A DNA stretch of 64,000 nucleotides, from the NCBI GenBank assembly GCA_964454835.1, contig CAYVTU010000009.1:8817-72816 (forward strand), given 5' to 3'. The stretch's first letter is position 1, and the number at the start of each line of letters is the position of its first letter. Positions 30,526 through 40,533 of this stretch are shown piece by piece. The stretch comes from an uncultured Brachyspira sp. Its GTDB lineage: Bacteria; Spirochaetota; JAAYUW01. A model generated the notes under the pieces. That model was not told the origin of the DNA, did not search any database, and saw only the letters and a list, made by a program, of their open reading frames with translations. The translations under genes and the position numbers were made by a program.

Positions 30526-32607
30526 ATGAATTTAAAGGGATTGAAAAAAAACAAATTATTGATCCCTGTTTTGATAGCACTTTTTGTATCTCTAATTATT
30601 ATTGTTTTTTATTTTGTTTTTTTATCTTTTGATAGATCAACAATATTCGATTTATTTACTGATTTAAAAATACCAGGTTCATCTCCAAAAGAAGTAAAAG
30701 AAGGGATTGAAATTTCTCAAGAAAATCCTAATGTACTTCCTTCCATAGAATTAATCGTTGTTGATGCAAGATCTTTACAAGCAGATAAAATGGGCGAATG
30801 GCCTTTCCCAAGATGGATGTATGTACCTGTTTTTGAATCTTTTATCGATTCTAAGGGTAATCCAATACCTAATGGGGTAGTCTTCGATATAGCTTTTTTA
30901 TCAAAAAGAAGTGGTTCAACTTTAACTTCATTAAAAGAAGATGAAGATAAAATGCTTGCTAAAACAATTAAAAAACTTGGTAATGTATACATGCAATTTT
31001 ATTTGGAAGCAAAAAAATCAAACTCAACTTATGGCACTGATGAGATCGAATATATTAAAAAGAATTATTCAATACCTTTGAATAATGCTAAATTCAAAGG
31101 CAAAATAATAGATGAAAATACTGCTCAATATTTAAATTCATTGTACTGGAAAGAATTAATTCCTCCTTATAAAGAATATATAGGACATGAAAAAGCATTT
31201 GGTTCCCCTTCTACTATTTCTTTACAAGATCAGATAGTAAGATTTTTTCCTTTGATTTATATTTATGATAACAATATCTATTTTAATCAGGTTTTTTTAT
31301 ATTATCTTAATAGAATAGGGGTTTCTTTCAACGAATTAGAAATCGATATAGGGAAATCAATTTATATTCCATCTAAAAATATAAAGATCCCAATAGATCT
31401 ATATGGGCAGATGAGAATAAACTATGTTGGTAATGCAGGTTCTTTATTTCATGGAATATCGATATATGATTTATATAATCCTGAGCAGATGGATAAAGAA
31501 ACTAAAGAAATCTATTTCAAAGATAAAGATATTTTCGTGGGAGTCTATACCACTGGAGCCGCAAGAGACTATAAACCTACACCAGCGGGTATGATGTATG
31601 GAGTGGAATGGCTTGCTCTAGCATTTAATCAACTTATGACACAAGGCTTCTACTATGAATTACCATATATTTATTCTATTTTTATAATTCTTCTTATGTC
31701 TATTTTAGTAATGGCTATTATTTCGAGATTTTCAACTCTAAGATCTTATCTGTTTGTGGGAATTATTCTTTTTGTATATTCTTTTGTGGCTTTTTGGCTT
31801 TTTAAGAAAAATATCTTAATACCTTTTTCTTCGGTTGTTTTATCAATATTACTATCTTTTATTGGTCTAATAGCTTATAGAATTTTGACAGAGGAAAAAG
31901 AAAAGAAATTTATTAGAAATACTTTTTCAAACTTCGTTTCCAAGGTAATAGTTGATGAACTTTTAAAACATCCAGAAATGATAAAACTTGGTGGAGAAAG
32001 AAAAGAGATTACTGTCCTTTTCTCAGATATAAGAAGTTTCACGACTCTATCTGAGAAATATCAACCAGAAGAGATTGTCGGAATCTTAAATAATTATCTA
32101 TCAAGAATGACTAACACAATATTCAAATATGAAGGGACACTCGATAAATATGTTGGTGATGAAATAATGGCATTCTGGAATGCTCCACTTTTTCAAGAAG
32201 ATCATGCAATTTTAGCTTGTTTGACTGCTTTAGAAATGATGAAAGAACTGTATACGTTCAATCAGGAGATGCCAGTTGAATATAGATTAAATATAGGAAT
32301 AGGTATAAATACTGGAGATGCCATAGTAGGTAATATGGGTTCGACAAGTAGAATGGATTATACTTTAATTGGAGATACAGTAAATACTGGAGCTAGGCTT
32401 GAGGGAACAAATAAAGTATATAATACCAATATTATTATTTCTGAATTTACTTATGAAAAAATAAAAGATTTTTTTATTTGTAGATTACTTGATAAAATAA
32501 GAGTAAAAGGGAAAAGTATTCCTGTATCAATTTATGAACTGGTTGATGTTAAAGAAGACTTTAATGTTGATAATTTATTAGCTAAATATAAAAAGATAAA
32601 AGCATAG
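30526..32607 (+). CDS. CHASE2-sensor class III adenylate/guanylate cyclase
   Basis: N-terminal TM plus a large extracytoplasmic region, then ~3 TM helices and a C-terminal cyclase domain (VLFSDIRSFTTLSE, …GDEIMAFWNAP…, …GDTVNTGARLE). Confidence 0.7.
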   Translation: MNLKGLKKNKLLIPVLIALFVSLIIIVFYFVFLSFDRSTIFDLFTDLKIPGSSPKEVKEGIEISQENPNVLPSIELIVVDARSLQADKMGEWPFPRWMYVPVFESFIDSKGNPIPNGVVFDIAFLSKRSGSTLTSLKEDEDKMLAKTIKKLGNVYMQFYLEAKKSNSTYGTDEIEYIKKNYSIPLNNAKFKGKIIDENTAQYLNSLYWKELIPPYKEYIGHEKAFGSPSTISLQDQIVRFFPLIYIYDNNIYFNQVFLYYLNRIGVSFNELEIDIGKSIYIPSKNIKIPIDLYGQMRINYVGNAGSLFHGISIYDLYNPEQMDKETKEIYFKDKDIFVGVYTTGAARDYKPTPAGMMYGVEWLALAFNQLMTQGFYYELPYIYSIFIILLMSILVMAIISRFSTLRSYLFVGIILFVYSFVAFWLFKKNILIPFSSVVLSILLSFIGLIAYRILTEEKEKKFIRNTFSNFVSKVIVDELLKHPEMIKLGGERKEITVLFSDIRSFTTLSEKYQPEEIVGILNNYLSRMTNTIFKYEGTLDKYVGDEIMAFWNAPLFQEDHAILACLTALEMMKELYTFNQEMPVEYRLNIGIGINTGDAIVGNMGSTSRMDYTLIGDTVNTGARLEGTNKVYNTNIIISEFTYEKIKDFFICRLLDKIRVKGKSIPVSIYELVDVKEDFNVDNLLAKYKKIKA

Positions 32608-32631
32608 ATATTGTTTTTTTAATTTTATTTT

Positions 32632-33219
32632 ATGAGAAAAACATTATTCTTTTTTTTCAATATTATTTCATTATCAATAATATTCTTTTTTTTTATTAGT
32701 TGTGGTATTCCTGAAGTATTACCTTTTCTTGAAATTCCTATAGCAAACCAAAATTCATATATAATTCAATCAAGTTTAGACTTTATTGAAAAATCTCTTA
32801 TTTTCAAATGTAACAATAGTGAACCATATTTCAAAGGATATTTGATTTTTTATCGAGATTCAAATTTATACTTGAAACAAGGTTATTTTTCATATTATGA
32901 TAATCAATCAAACAAATGGGTAGTAGTTAATAGTATTCCTGCAGAAAGTGAATTACCAGATTATTTAAATACTAAAGATTTTCAATTCACATTTTATTTA
33001 AGTAATATAAATTATCCTTATTCAAATACAAACGAAGATATTCTAGACAATTATTTAATTCTTAAAGAAGATAAAGAAAGTTCATTTTCTGAGTTATATG
33101 AACAGGGAAAAAGCATTTCATTATATCTAGTACCAATTGGAGAGGACATAAAGGGGATTTATGTATATACTCCTGCTTTTTCAACGACATCAAATAGGGT
33201 TGTATTTAATTTCAAGTGA
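32632..33219 (+). CDS. Putative lipoprotein
   Basis: Signal peptide with a lipobox-like FFFISC/G and no recognisable domain. Confidence 0.35.
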   Translation: MRKTLFFFFNIISLSIIFFFFISCGIPEVLPFLEIPIANQNSYIIQSSLDFIEKSLIFKCNNSEPYFKGYLIFYRDSNLYLKQGYFSYYDNQSNKWVVVNSIPAESELPDYLNTKDFQFTFYLSNINYPYSNTNEDILDNYLILKEDKESSFSELYEQGKSISLYLVPIGEDIKGIYVYTPAFSTTSNRVVFNFK

Positions 33220-33226
33220 GGGGAAA

Positions 33227-33532
33227 ATGCAATATAATATTTTAAATGATCCTGTTATAAGATTTATTTTTCACATTTTATTTTATTCTATTATTGGGTT
33301 TGGAAGCGCACTTTATTATTATTATTTTTTAAAGAAAAAGTTTAATACAAATTTCTGGTTTCTTTTAGCTGTATTTTTTGGATTAATAGGAGCAGCTCTG
33401 GGTTCTTACTTTTTAAATGATTTTTTTAAACTTCTTACTCAATGGCCTTTGGGAATAAATACATTAGCGACAATATTTGGAGCCTTTTTTTTAATTGGAA
33501 TATATTCATTTATTTCTTCAATAAAGTCATAG
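33227..33532 (+). CDS. Small integral membrane protein
   Basis: Three hydrophobic helices. The internal start at 33227 is preceded by a GAGGGG RBS. The longer track ORF overlaps the upstream gene. Confidence 0.3.
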   Translation: MQYNILNDPVIRFIFHILFYSIIGFGSALYYYYFLKKKFNTNFWFLLAVFFGLIGAALGSYFLNDFFKLLTQWPLGINTLATIFGAFFLIGIYSFISSIKS

Positions 33533-33599
33533 TATTGTTGTTTTTATTGGTTATTCTTTAATATTAAAAATCAAAGAAATAAATCAGATAAAAATATTT

Positions 33600-33854
33600 T
33601 TACTTTGAATTTTGTTTAGAACAGTTGCAACTAGGATTTGTAGAACAACATTTATCTTCTTTCTTTGATTCTTTTTTATAATCTGTACAGTAAAATCCTG
33701 TTCCTTTGAATACTATACCGCTTCCTGCTGTGAATACTTTCCTTACATTTTCAGAACCACAATTTGGACAGGAAGTAACATGTTCTTCATTCATTGAAAA
33801 CCATTTTTCAAAATTACTATTGCAATTATTACAGTAAAATTCATAGGTAGGCAT
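33600..33854 (-). CDS. FmdB-family zinc-ribbon protein
   Basis: MPTYEFYCNNC…CPNCGS is the FmdB CxxC…CxxC signature. The C-terminal Cys-rich tail is CCSTNPSCNC. Confidence 0.6.
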   Translation of the reverse strand: MPTYEFYCNNCNSNFEKWFSMNEEHVTSCPNCGSENVRKVFTAGSGIVFKGTGFYCTDYKKESKKEDKCCSTNPSCNCSKQNSK

Positions 33855-33860
33855 AAAATA

Positions 33861-34853
33861 TTATCCTCCTTTATTAGTATAATTTTTTAAAGTTTTCATT
33901 AATATTTTTAAATTATCGAAATTGATGTAAATGATAAGAGCGATCAATATTATAAAAATACCTAATATTTTATAAAATCCTACATTTTCAAATAAAATAA
34001 TTGAATTTATTATTAAAACAACTACTGGTTTTAAATAAAATACTAAAGAAACCTTAACTGCGTCAAGATTTTTTAAAGCAAAAAAATAAGTAATATAAGC
34101 TAGTCCAGTAACACCGAAAGAAAGAATAGATAAAAATAATATTTTATCAATAGTCAAATTTGTTAGAAAAGAATAAATATTAGATTGGTAGAAAAAAATA
34201 GAAGATATTAGCAAAATAAAACCATTAATTGAAAATGATATTGAATTTAATGTTATAGAATTAATTGTTTTTAGCAATTTTTTAGAAAAAATTGTGTATA
34301 AGGCAAAACTTAAAGATGCTAATACTGCAAGAATAATGGATAAAGTGTTATCACCTTTATCTTTTTTATAGACTACTAAAAATATTCCAAAAATTCCAAC
34401 TAAAAGTAGTAGAAATTTAATGAAAATAAATTTATTTTTATTATCAGAAGAATGATTTAATGCTTTTCCTTTTATTTTTTCTCCAATTGCTTGAATTAAG
34501 AAAACAAAAACAGGATTAGAACTAATAATTATTGCGGAGGTGGTAGCATTTCCAATTTTAACAGCAAATTGTAAAGCCAGCATAGCGATACATACATTTA
34601 AAAAACCAGAAAAAAAGATTTTCAACCTATTTTTTATATTTAGTGAGAAAAATTCTTTTAAAACGGTTTTAAAAAATAATAATAAAATAAATAAACCGCC
34701 AAAAAAAAATCTTAGACCGGTTAAAGTAACTGAATTCAATTCTATTTTCTTAGAAATAATTTCAAAAAGAGAAAATAAAATTAATGTAAATAATAATGAT
34801 AATATTATCTTAATTTGCGTTATCTTTTTTTCTTTCCCAGACAAGTTGACCAC
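33861..34853 (-). CDS. EamA/DMT-family transporter
   Basis: About 10 predicted TM helices in two repeated halves, 330 aa. Confidence 0.55.
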   Translation of the reverse strand: MVNLSGKEKKITQIKIILSLLFTLILFSLFEIISKKIELNSVTLTGLRFFFGGLFILLLFFKTVLKEFFSLNIKNRLKIFFSGFLNVCIAMLALQFAVKIGNATTSAIIISSNPVFVFLIQAIGEKIKGKALNHSSDNKNKFIFIKFLLLLVGIFGIFLVVYKKDKGDNTLSIILAVLASLSFALYTIFSKKLLKTINSITLNSISFSINGFILLISSIFFYQSNIYSFLTNLTIDKILFLSILSFGVTGLAYITYFFALKNLDAVKVSLVFYLKPVVVLIINSIILFENVGFYKILGIFIILIALIIYINFDNLKILMKTLKNYTNKGG

Positions 34854-35931
34854 AAGCTCCTTTTATTTTTTGACCTCTTTTATATCTAAATGAATAAGCA
34901 ATTTTTGATTTTTCTAAATTTGAAATTATATCCTTTTCTTTTGAAGAAGATTTGTATTCTATACCATCTACTTCATTATAAGAAATAAGGTTAATAAAAG
35001 CTGATAATCTTTTAGCAATATCTATCAACTTGTTTATTGATTTTTCATCATCAGTTTTATTGTTTATTAATATATATTCTAATGTAATTCTTTTTTTTGT
35101 CTTTTGCTTGTATATCAAACATTCATTTATAAGTTCAGAAATAGATAAGGAGTTTGGCATTATTTCTTTTCTTATATTATCAAAGGGAGAATGTAAGGAA
35201 ATCGAAAGTTTAACTGGAAGATTAATTTCTATCATTTTATTTGAAAATCCTTTTATTGCAGAAGTCGATAATGTTATTCTTCTAGCAGAAAAGCTTATTA
35301 TAGGATTAAAAACAATGGAGTAAATAAACTTTTTTACATTATCGAAGTTTAGTAAAGGTTCACCCATCCCCATTATCACAATATTATCTATTTTACCTTT
35401 CATTTTCTGAGATATTAAATATTGCCAGAGCATTTCATCATCTGAAAGATTTCTTGAAAATCCTACTTTTCCTGTTGCACAGAATTTACAAGCCATGGCA
35501 CAGCCAATCTGAGAAGACAAACATAATGTTTTTCTATCATTTTCATCTATTAATATAACAATTTCTATCAATAAATTATCTTGAGTTTCAACTAGTATTT
35601 TACTGGTATTAGTTTCTTCTTCTTTTAAAATATTTATAACTTTTAATGGTTCAAGTTGCAAACTATTCTTGAAATATTCTTTTGTTTCTTTATTTAAATT
35701 TGACATTTTATCAATATCAAATTCTGAATGTAAGAAAATCCATTGGAGAAGTTGGTTTATTCTATAGGATTTTATACCAGATTCTTGAATTATTTTTTCT
35801 ATCGGATTTAAGTTATTGCTAAAATCTTGTTCTGTTTTTGTTTTAAGATTTATTTTATTATTTAATTTATTATTTTTCTGATTAATAAGATAGTATATTA
35901 AATCAATTATTCTTATTTTCGCTTGGATCAT
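34810..35931 (-). CDS. rlmN: 23S rRNA/tRNA adenine-C2 methyltransferase RlmN (radical SAM)
   Basis: RlmN/Cfr signature RKTLCLSSQIGCAMACKFCATGKVGFSRNL, with MGMGEPLLN following. Confidence 0.8.
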   Translation of the reverse strand: MIQAKIRIIDLIYYLINQKNNKLNNKINLKTKTEQDFSNNLNPIEKIIQESGIKSYRINQLLQWIFLHSEFDIDKMSNLNKETKEYFKNSLQLEPLKVINILKEEETNTSKILVETQDNLLIEIVILIDENDRKTLCLSSQIGCAMACKFCATGKVGFSRNLSDDEMLWQYLISQKMKGKIDNIVIMGMGEPLLNFDNVKKFIYSIVFNPIISFSARRITLSTSAIKGFSNKMIEINLPVKLSISLHSPFDNIRKEIMPNSLSISELINECLIYKQKTKKRITLEYILINNKTDDEKSINKLIDIAKRLSAFINLISYNEVDGIEYKSSSKEKDIISNLEKSKIAYSFRYKRGQKIKGACGQLVWERKKDNAN

Positions 35932-35978
35932 AGCTAAATCAATTTAGTATACTTTTTTATAATGTCAATATGGCTATA

Positions 35979-35986
35979 TGTATACT
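35979..35986 (+). promoter_or_regulatory. Extended -10-like element TG-TATACT in the divergent rlmN / ASKHA-gene intergenic region
   Basis: TGTATACT sits about 130 nt upstream of the 36115 start. A second, palindromic AGTATACT lies at 35946-35953. The same GTATACT core recurs in other intergenic regions. Confidence 0.25.
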
Positions 35987-36114
35987 TTATTGTAATATTT
36001 AACAGATATCTTAATAGTTCATATTTAGTGAAATTGAAGTTGATTTAACTTTTTTATATTTAAGTTGATTTTTAATATTTTTCTTTATAATTGCTATGTG
36101 TTTTGGGAGTAGTT

Positions 36115-37455
36115 ATGAATATTGATTTACTTACTGTGGAGATTGGTTCTACAATAACTAAGGTTAATGGTTTTAATGGAATAGGTACAGATAAATTGAC
36201 TCACATTGGTCAGGGTATAGCTCTTACGACCGTTGATTCAGATGTAAGGATTGGTTATGAAAATGCTAAAAAAAACTTTATGGATAATCTTGGAATAAAT
36301 AAGTTGGATATAAAGGACATTGTAGCTAATTCTTCTGCTGCTGGTGGTTTGAAAATGGTTGCAACAGGTTTAACATGGGAAATGACTGCTAGAGCTGCTA
36401 AAGAAGCTGCTTTGGGTGCAGGAGCTTTGCTTAATTATCTTACAGCAGGTCCATTGACTCAAACAGATTTGAATAAAATTAAACAAGCCAATGCTAATAT
36501 GATTTTATTTGCTGGTGGAGTCGATTATGGTGAACAGCAAATAATTATAGAAAATGCTCAAAAATTAGCTTCACTTAATCTTAATATTCCAATAATATTT
36601 GCAGGAAATAAGGTAGTAGAAGATGAGATAAGTGAGATTTTTTCTAAGACAAATTTTATTCTTGAAATAGTACCAAATGTTTATCCTTCTATCGATGAAT
36701 TTAATATTGATCCGACTAGAAAAGCAATTCAACATATTTTTTCAGCTCATATTATCCATGCTAAAGGCATTGATAAATTACAGGAAATAGTAAAAAAAGA
36801 TATTATTCCAACTCCATATGCAGTTTTAAAAATAGCACAAGCCTTATATGAGAAAATAGGTGATGTAATTATAATAGATGTTGGAGGAGCAACAACAGAT
36901 GTTCATTCCGTAACAGAAGGTTCACTAAAATATAAAAAACTTTTAATTGCACCTGAACCTCTTGCTAAAAGAACTGTTGAAGGAGACCTTGGAGTATATG
37001 TTAATGCAGCTAATGTTAAAAAATATTTAGAAGAAGAATCTATAGGAATAGATTTGCATAAATTATCCGCATTACCTTCTATGGATGAGGAGGTGTATCT
37101 TTCTCTTACTTTGGCTGATAAAGCTGTAAGAACTGCCATAGAAAGACATGCGGGACATATTATAGAGACATTTGGTCCAGAAGGAAGAAAAATATTTATT
37201 AAAGGAAAAGATTTAACTGCAACAAAGTATATTATTGGAACTGGTGGAGCTTTGACAAGATTAAAAAATGCAAAACAAATCCTGGAAAATATAAGAATTA
37301 CAGAGGTATATAAAAAACTATTACCATTACAAACATCTACTATTCTTATAGATAAAAAATATATTCTTTCTGCTTGTGGTACTATGTTAGATTACTATAA
37401 AGAAGAGGCTATTAAATTATCTTTAAAATCCCTCGATGAGTCAATAGGAAAATAA
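36115..37455 (+). CDS. GlmL/MutL-like ASKHA-fold protein (putative reactivase-like)
   Basis: N-terminal IDLLTVEIGSTITKV resembles the ASKHA phosphate-1 loop and the GlmL (glutamate mutase L) family. A GGGAG RBS precedes the internal start at 36115. Confidence 0.45.
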   Translation: MNIDLLTVEIGSTITKVNGFNGIGTDKLTHIGQGIALTTVDSDVRIGYENAKKNFMDNLGINKLDIKDIVANSSAAGGLKMVATGLTWEMTARAAKEAALGAGALLNYLTAGPLTQTDLNKIKQANANMILFAGGVDYGEQQIIIENAQKLASLNLNIPIIFAGNKVVEDEISEIFSKTNFILEIVPNVYPSIDEFNIDPTRKAIQHIFSAHIIHAKGIDKLQEIVKKDIIPTPYAVLKIAQALYEKIGDVIIIDVGGATTDVHSVTEGSLKYKKLLIAPEPLAKRTVEGDLGVYVNAANVKKYLEEESIGIDLHKLSALPSMDEEVYLSLTLADKAVRTAIERHAGHIIETFGPEGRKIFIKGKDLTATKYIIGTGGALTRLKNAKQILENIRITEVYKKLLPLQTSTILIDKKYILSACGTMLDYYKEEAIKLSLKSLDESIGK

Positions 37456-37519
37456 CAAATACCAAAGAAATATTGTTGGTAATAATAGAAAAGTTAATAT
37501 TGAAAAAATTGGAGGAAAG

Positions 37520-38647
37520 ATGTCCTGTATACTTTATTGTAACACTTCGGCTATAGCTCATAATGTATCATATTTATCTAAAGTAATTCATGAAAGAAAT
37601 GGTTACATTTTTGGAGTAACCAAGGTTTTGTCAGGAAATCCAGTTCTTGCTTCTATATTTATTGAGAATGGTTGTGATGGGATTGCTGATTCAAGATGGC
37701 AAAATTTAAAAAATATAAAAGAATCAGGTGAATTTAAAGAAATAATTTCAAAAAAAGGATTTATTCCATTCTTAAATTTGAGATTACCCGCATTATCTGA
37801 AATAGAACAGATAGTAAAGTATTCAGATATAAGTCTTGTTTCCGAAATAAATATTATTGCTGCTTTAGATGAAGAATCAAAAATCCAAAAGAAAAAGACT
37901 CAAATTATTTTGATGATCGATATTGGTGATTTAAGAGAGGGTATAATACCTTCAGATGCCAGAGAATTAGATTTACAAAAATGGCAAATTGAAACTGAAT
38001 CTTTTATCAAAGAGATATTAAGTTTTAAGAATATTGAATTTGTTGGTATAGGAACAAATTTAGCTTGTTTTGGAGGAATAGTACCGTCGAAAGAAAATAT
38101 GGGACTCTTAGTCAAATTATATAATTGGATACAAGATGAATACAATATAAAACTGAAATATCTTTCAGGTTCTAATTCATCTGGAATTCCTTTTTTGCTA
38201 GATGGAAAGATGCCAGCTGATGTAAATTTATTTAGAATTGGTGAAAGTATGATATTAGGAGTAAACGTTTTAAATAGACAACCAATAAATGGATTAAGAC
38301 AGGATACTGTATATATCTCAACTGAAGTCATTGAGAAAAAATTTAAGCCTTCAAAACCAATAGGGCAAGGTGCGCAAAACGCGTTCGGGGAAGTTCTGGA
38401 ATTTGAAGATAGAGGTACAATTTTAAGATTAATCTGTTCAGTAGGAAGACAGGATATTTTAGTTGATGGTTTAACACCTATCGATAATGATATATCTATT
38501 TTAGGAGCAAGTTCAGATCATCTAGAATTAGAATTAAAAAATAATAAAAATAAGTATAATATAGGTTCATTTATTGATTTTAAATTAAATTATGGAGCAT
38601 TACTTTCAGCTTCTACATCTAAATATGTTCAAACAAAATTTATTTAA
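37520..38647 (+). CDS. YhfX/ornithine-racemase-like PLP enzyme (alanine racemase N-terminal fold)
   Basis: YIFGVTKVLSGNPVLA…GCDGIADSR aligns with the E. coli YhfX PLP-lysine region (YLMTKQFGRNPWLA…GYSGIVAVD). A GGAGG RBS is present. Confidence 0.5.
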   Translation: MSCILYCNTSAIAHNVSYLSKVIHERNGYIFGVTKVLSGNPVLASIFIENGCDGIADSRWQNLKNIKESGEFKEIISKKGFIPFLNLRLPALSEIEQIVKYSDISLVSEINIIAALDEESKIQKKKTQIILMIDIGDLREGIIPSDARELDLQKWQIETESFIKEILSFKNIEFVGIGTNLACFGGIVPSKENMGLLVKLYNWIQDEYNIKLKYLSGSNSSGIPFLLDGKMPADVNLFRIGESMILGVNVLNRQPINGLRQDTVYISTEVIEKKFKPSKPIGQGAQNAFGEVLEFEDRGTILRLICSVGRQDILVDGLTPIDNDISILGASSDHLELELKNNKNKYNIGSFIDFKLNYGALLSASTSKYVQTKFI

Positions 38648-38777
38648 TATTAATTAAATTATTTTTTGAGGCATCTCAAATAATAGCTATGATATAAAAC
38701 TGCAAAGAATAATAGCAATATAAAAAAAGCATAAGGTGCAAAAGATAAAAAATAATAAAAAAATTGTAAATCAATCG

Positions 38778-38805
38778 TAGTTAACATAATGTATCTTATG
38801 GGAAG
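38778..38805. other. Candidate dif (XerC/XerD) recombination site
   Basis: The minus strand reads ACTTCCCATAA-GATACA-TTATGTTAACT. The B. subtilis dif is ACTTCCTAGAA-TATATA-TTATGTAAACT, giving 9/11, 4/6 and 10/11 matches across the three blocks. The site lies in the convergent intergenic region where gene orientation flips. Confidence 0.5.
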
Positions 38806-38909
38806 TTTTAGATTTGCCAAATAAATAGAGTTTATATCAGATTGAAAGATTTGATTATATTTTTGATGTTTAATTCATGTTATAGACAGATAGAATTGTT
38901 ATTGAATTA

Positions 38910-39710
38910 TTATTGAAGATAATAATGACCTGCAAATTCATTAATATATTTTTCAAGCGCTAAAATATATTCTTTTGACAATGGGATTTTTTTCCAGGAA
39001 AACTTATTATCAAAATTCTTGAATTCAGGATTTAAATTATAGGCCATTAATTCAGTTTTTCTATATTCTCCATTGTCACCTATTAAAAAAAATGCTTTGG
39101 AAATTAACCAATAAGAATAAGATTCTTTATATTTAAAAGATTTAGAAAACAAAAAATAATTTATGCATTTATCATAAATTCCAGAAAAAAAGTAATAGTA
39201 GCCAATTCTAAAATATGCTTTTGAATATATAGTTTGTTTATTTGGTAAAATTGGTATTAATCTATAATATGTTTGATCAATATATTCAGAATATTTATCG
39301 TTTTGAATAAGTAATAAAAGGGATGATAAAAAATCACTATATTTTTTCTGAAAAAAATAGATTTCAGAAATTTCATCATAAACTAGAACTATCATTTCTT
39401 TAATCTGAAATTGATTTTTATATTCTAGAGCTTTATTAAAATAAAAAAGAGATATTTTATATATATTCTGTATTTTATAAATTTTTCCAAGATAATAATA
39501 AACCTCTGGATAATCAGGTTTAAGTTGAAGTGCTTTTTGATAATATTCTATAGCTTTTGCATAATCTTTTAAAAAATAATATCTATCACCTAAGATTTTA
39601 TATTCCCAATATTGTTCAGCAGATAAAAAAATAAATAAAATTAATAAAACTAATAAACAAAACAAGATTTTATTTTTTATTTTATTTTTAATCATAATAT
39701 AATTTACCAA
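38910..39710 (-). CDS. Membrane-anchored TPR-repeat protein
   Basis: N-terminal TM segment and Tyr-rich TPR-like repeats (AIEYYQKALQLKPDYPEVYYYLGKIY). Confidence 0.5.
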   Translation of the reverse strand: MVNYIMIKNKIKNKILFCLLVLLILFIFLSAEQYWEYKILGDRYYFLKDYAKAIEYYQKALQLKPDYPEVYYYLGKIYKIQNIYKISLFYFNKALEYKNQFQIKEMIVLVYDEISEIYFFQKKYSDFLSSLLLLIQNDKYSEYIDQTYYRLIPILPNKQTIYSKAYFRIGYYYFFSGIYDKCINYFLFSKSFKYKESYSYWLISKAFFLIGDNGEYRKTELMAYNLNPEFKNFDNKFSWKKIPLSKEYILALEKYINEFAGHYYLQ

Positions 39711-39729
39711 AATTATTAACTAGATATAA

Positions 39730-40533
39730 TTAAATATTTTCCTCTGGAAAAATAAAATCAATATCTTTATATATTGTTTCAAATAAATTACAATAATTCC
39801 TTTCAATATTATTACTATTATTTTTATTAGAATTTAAGCTTGTTTTATTCTTGATAGCATCTTCCAAGATCTTCTCTGTTCTTTCTTTTGGTAATACGAA
39901 ATTTTTTACAACTTTTAAGTTATTGCCTGTAATTATGAGATCTGGATTATCAAGTGCATTCAGTACATATAAAGTATGAGCTGATGTATTAAATTTTAAA
40001 GCAATTTTCCACAATGTATCACCCCATATTATTTTATAATCACCAATTTCTTTTCCTTCAAATTCTTTTAAGAGAATCGAATGATATGCTTTTATGTTTT
40101 TTGAAGTAATAATTTTCCCATCAATTCCTACTCTTTTTTCTGATGGAGTAACACTGGTTACTGTTGGTTTTGTTGTAGTTACTTGAGTTTGAGATTGAAC
40201 AGGTTTTTGTACTTCTGGTTTAGTCTGAGTAATCACTGGTTTTTCAACAGGTTTTTCTACTGGTTGTTCTACCGGTTTTTGTTCTGTTAGTATTTTTTGA
40301 CCATTTGTTTTTCCAACTTCATAATAGGCAAAATCAATCTGCTTATTTGTTTTCCTTACATCCATTGATGTAATTGTAAATTTATTGCTAATTAATACAG
40401 AGAATAATAAAAGCAAAATCAGAAAAAATATTAACACAATAGTAAGAAGTGTCTGCCTTTTTTGTTTAGATGTTTCCTCAAGAAATTGTTGCTTGCTTTC
40501 CGGAACTTTTGTCTTTGAAGTATAAGTCGACAT
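39730..40533 (-). CDS. LysM-domain protein with Pro/Lys-rich repeat linker
   Basis: TM anchor, (E/V)KPV repeats (EQKPVEQPVEKPVEKPV) and a C-terminal LysM (YKIIWGDTLWKIALKF). Confidence 0.6.
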   Translation of the reverse strand: MSTYTSKTKVPESKQQFLEETSKQKRQTLLTIVLIFFLILLLLFSVLISNKFTITSMDVRKTNKQIDFAYYEVGKTNGQKILTEQKPVEQPVEKPVEKPVITQTKPEVQKPVQSQTQVTTTKPTVTSVTPSEKRVGIDGKIITSKNIKAYHSILLKEFEGKEIGDYKIIWGDTLWKIALKFNTSAHTLYVLNALDNPDLIITGNNLKVVKNFVLPKERTEKILEDAIKNKTSLNSNKNNSNNIERNYCNLFETIYKDIDFIFPEENI

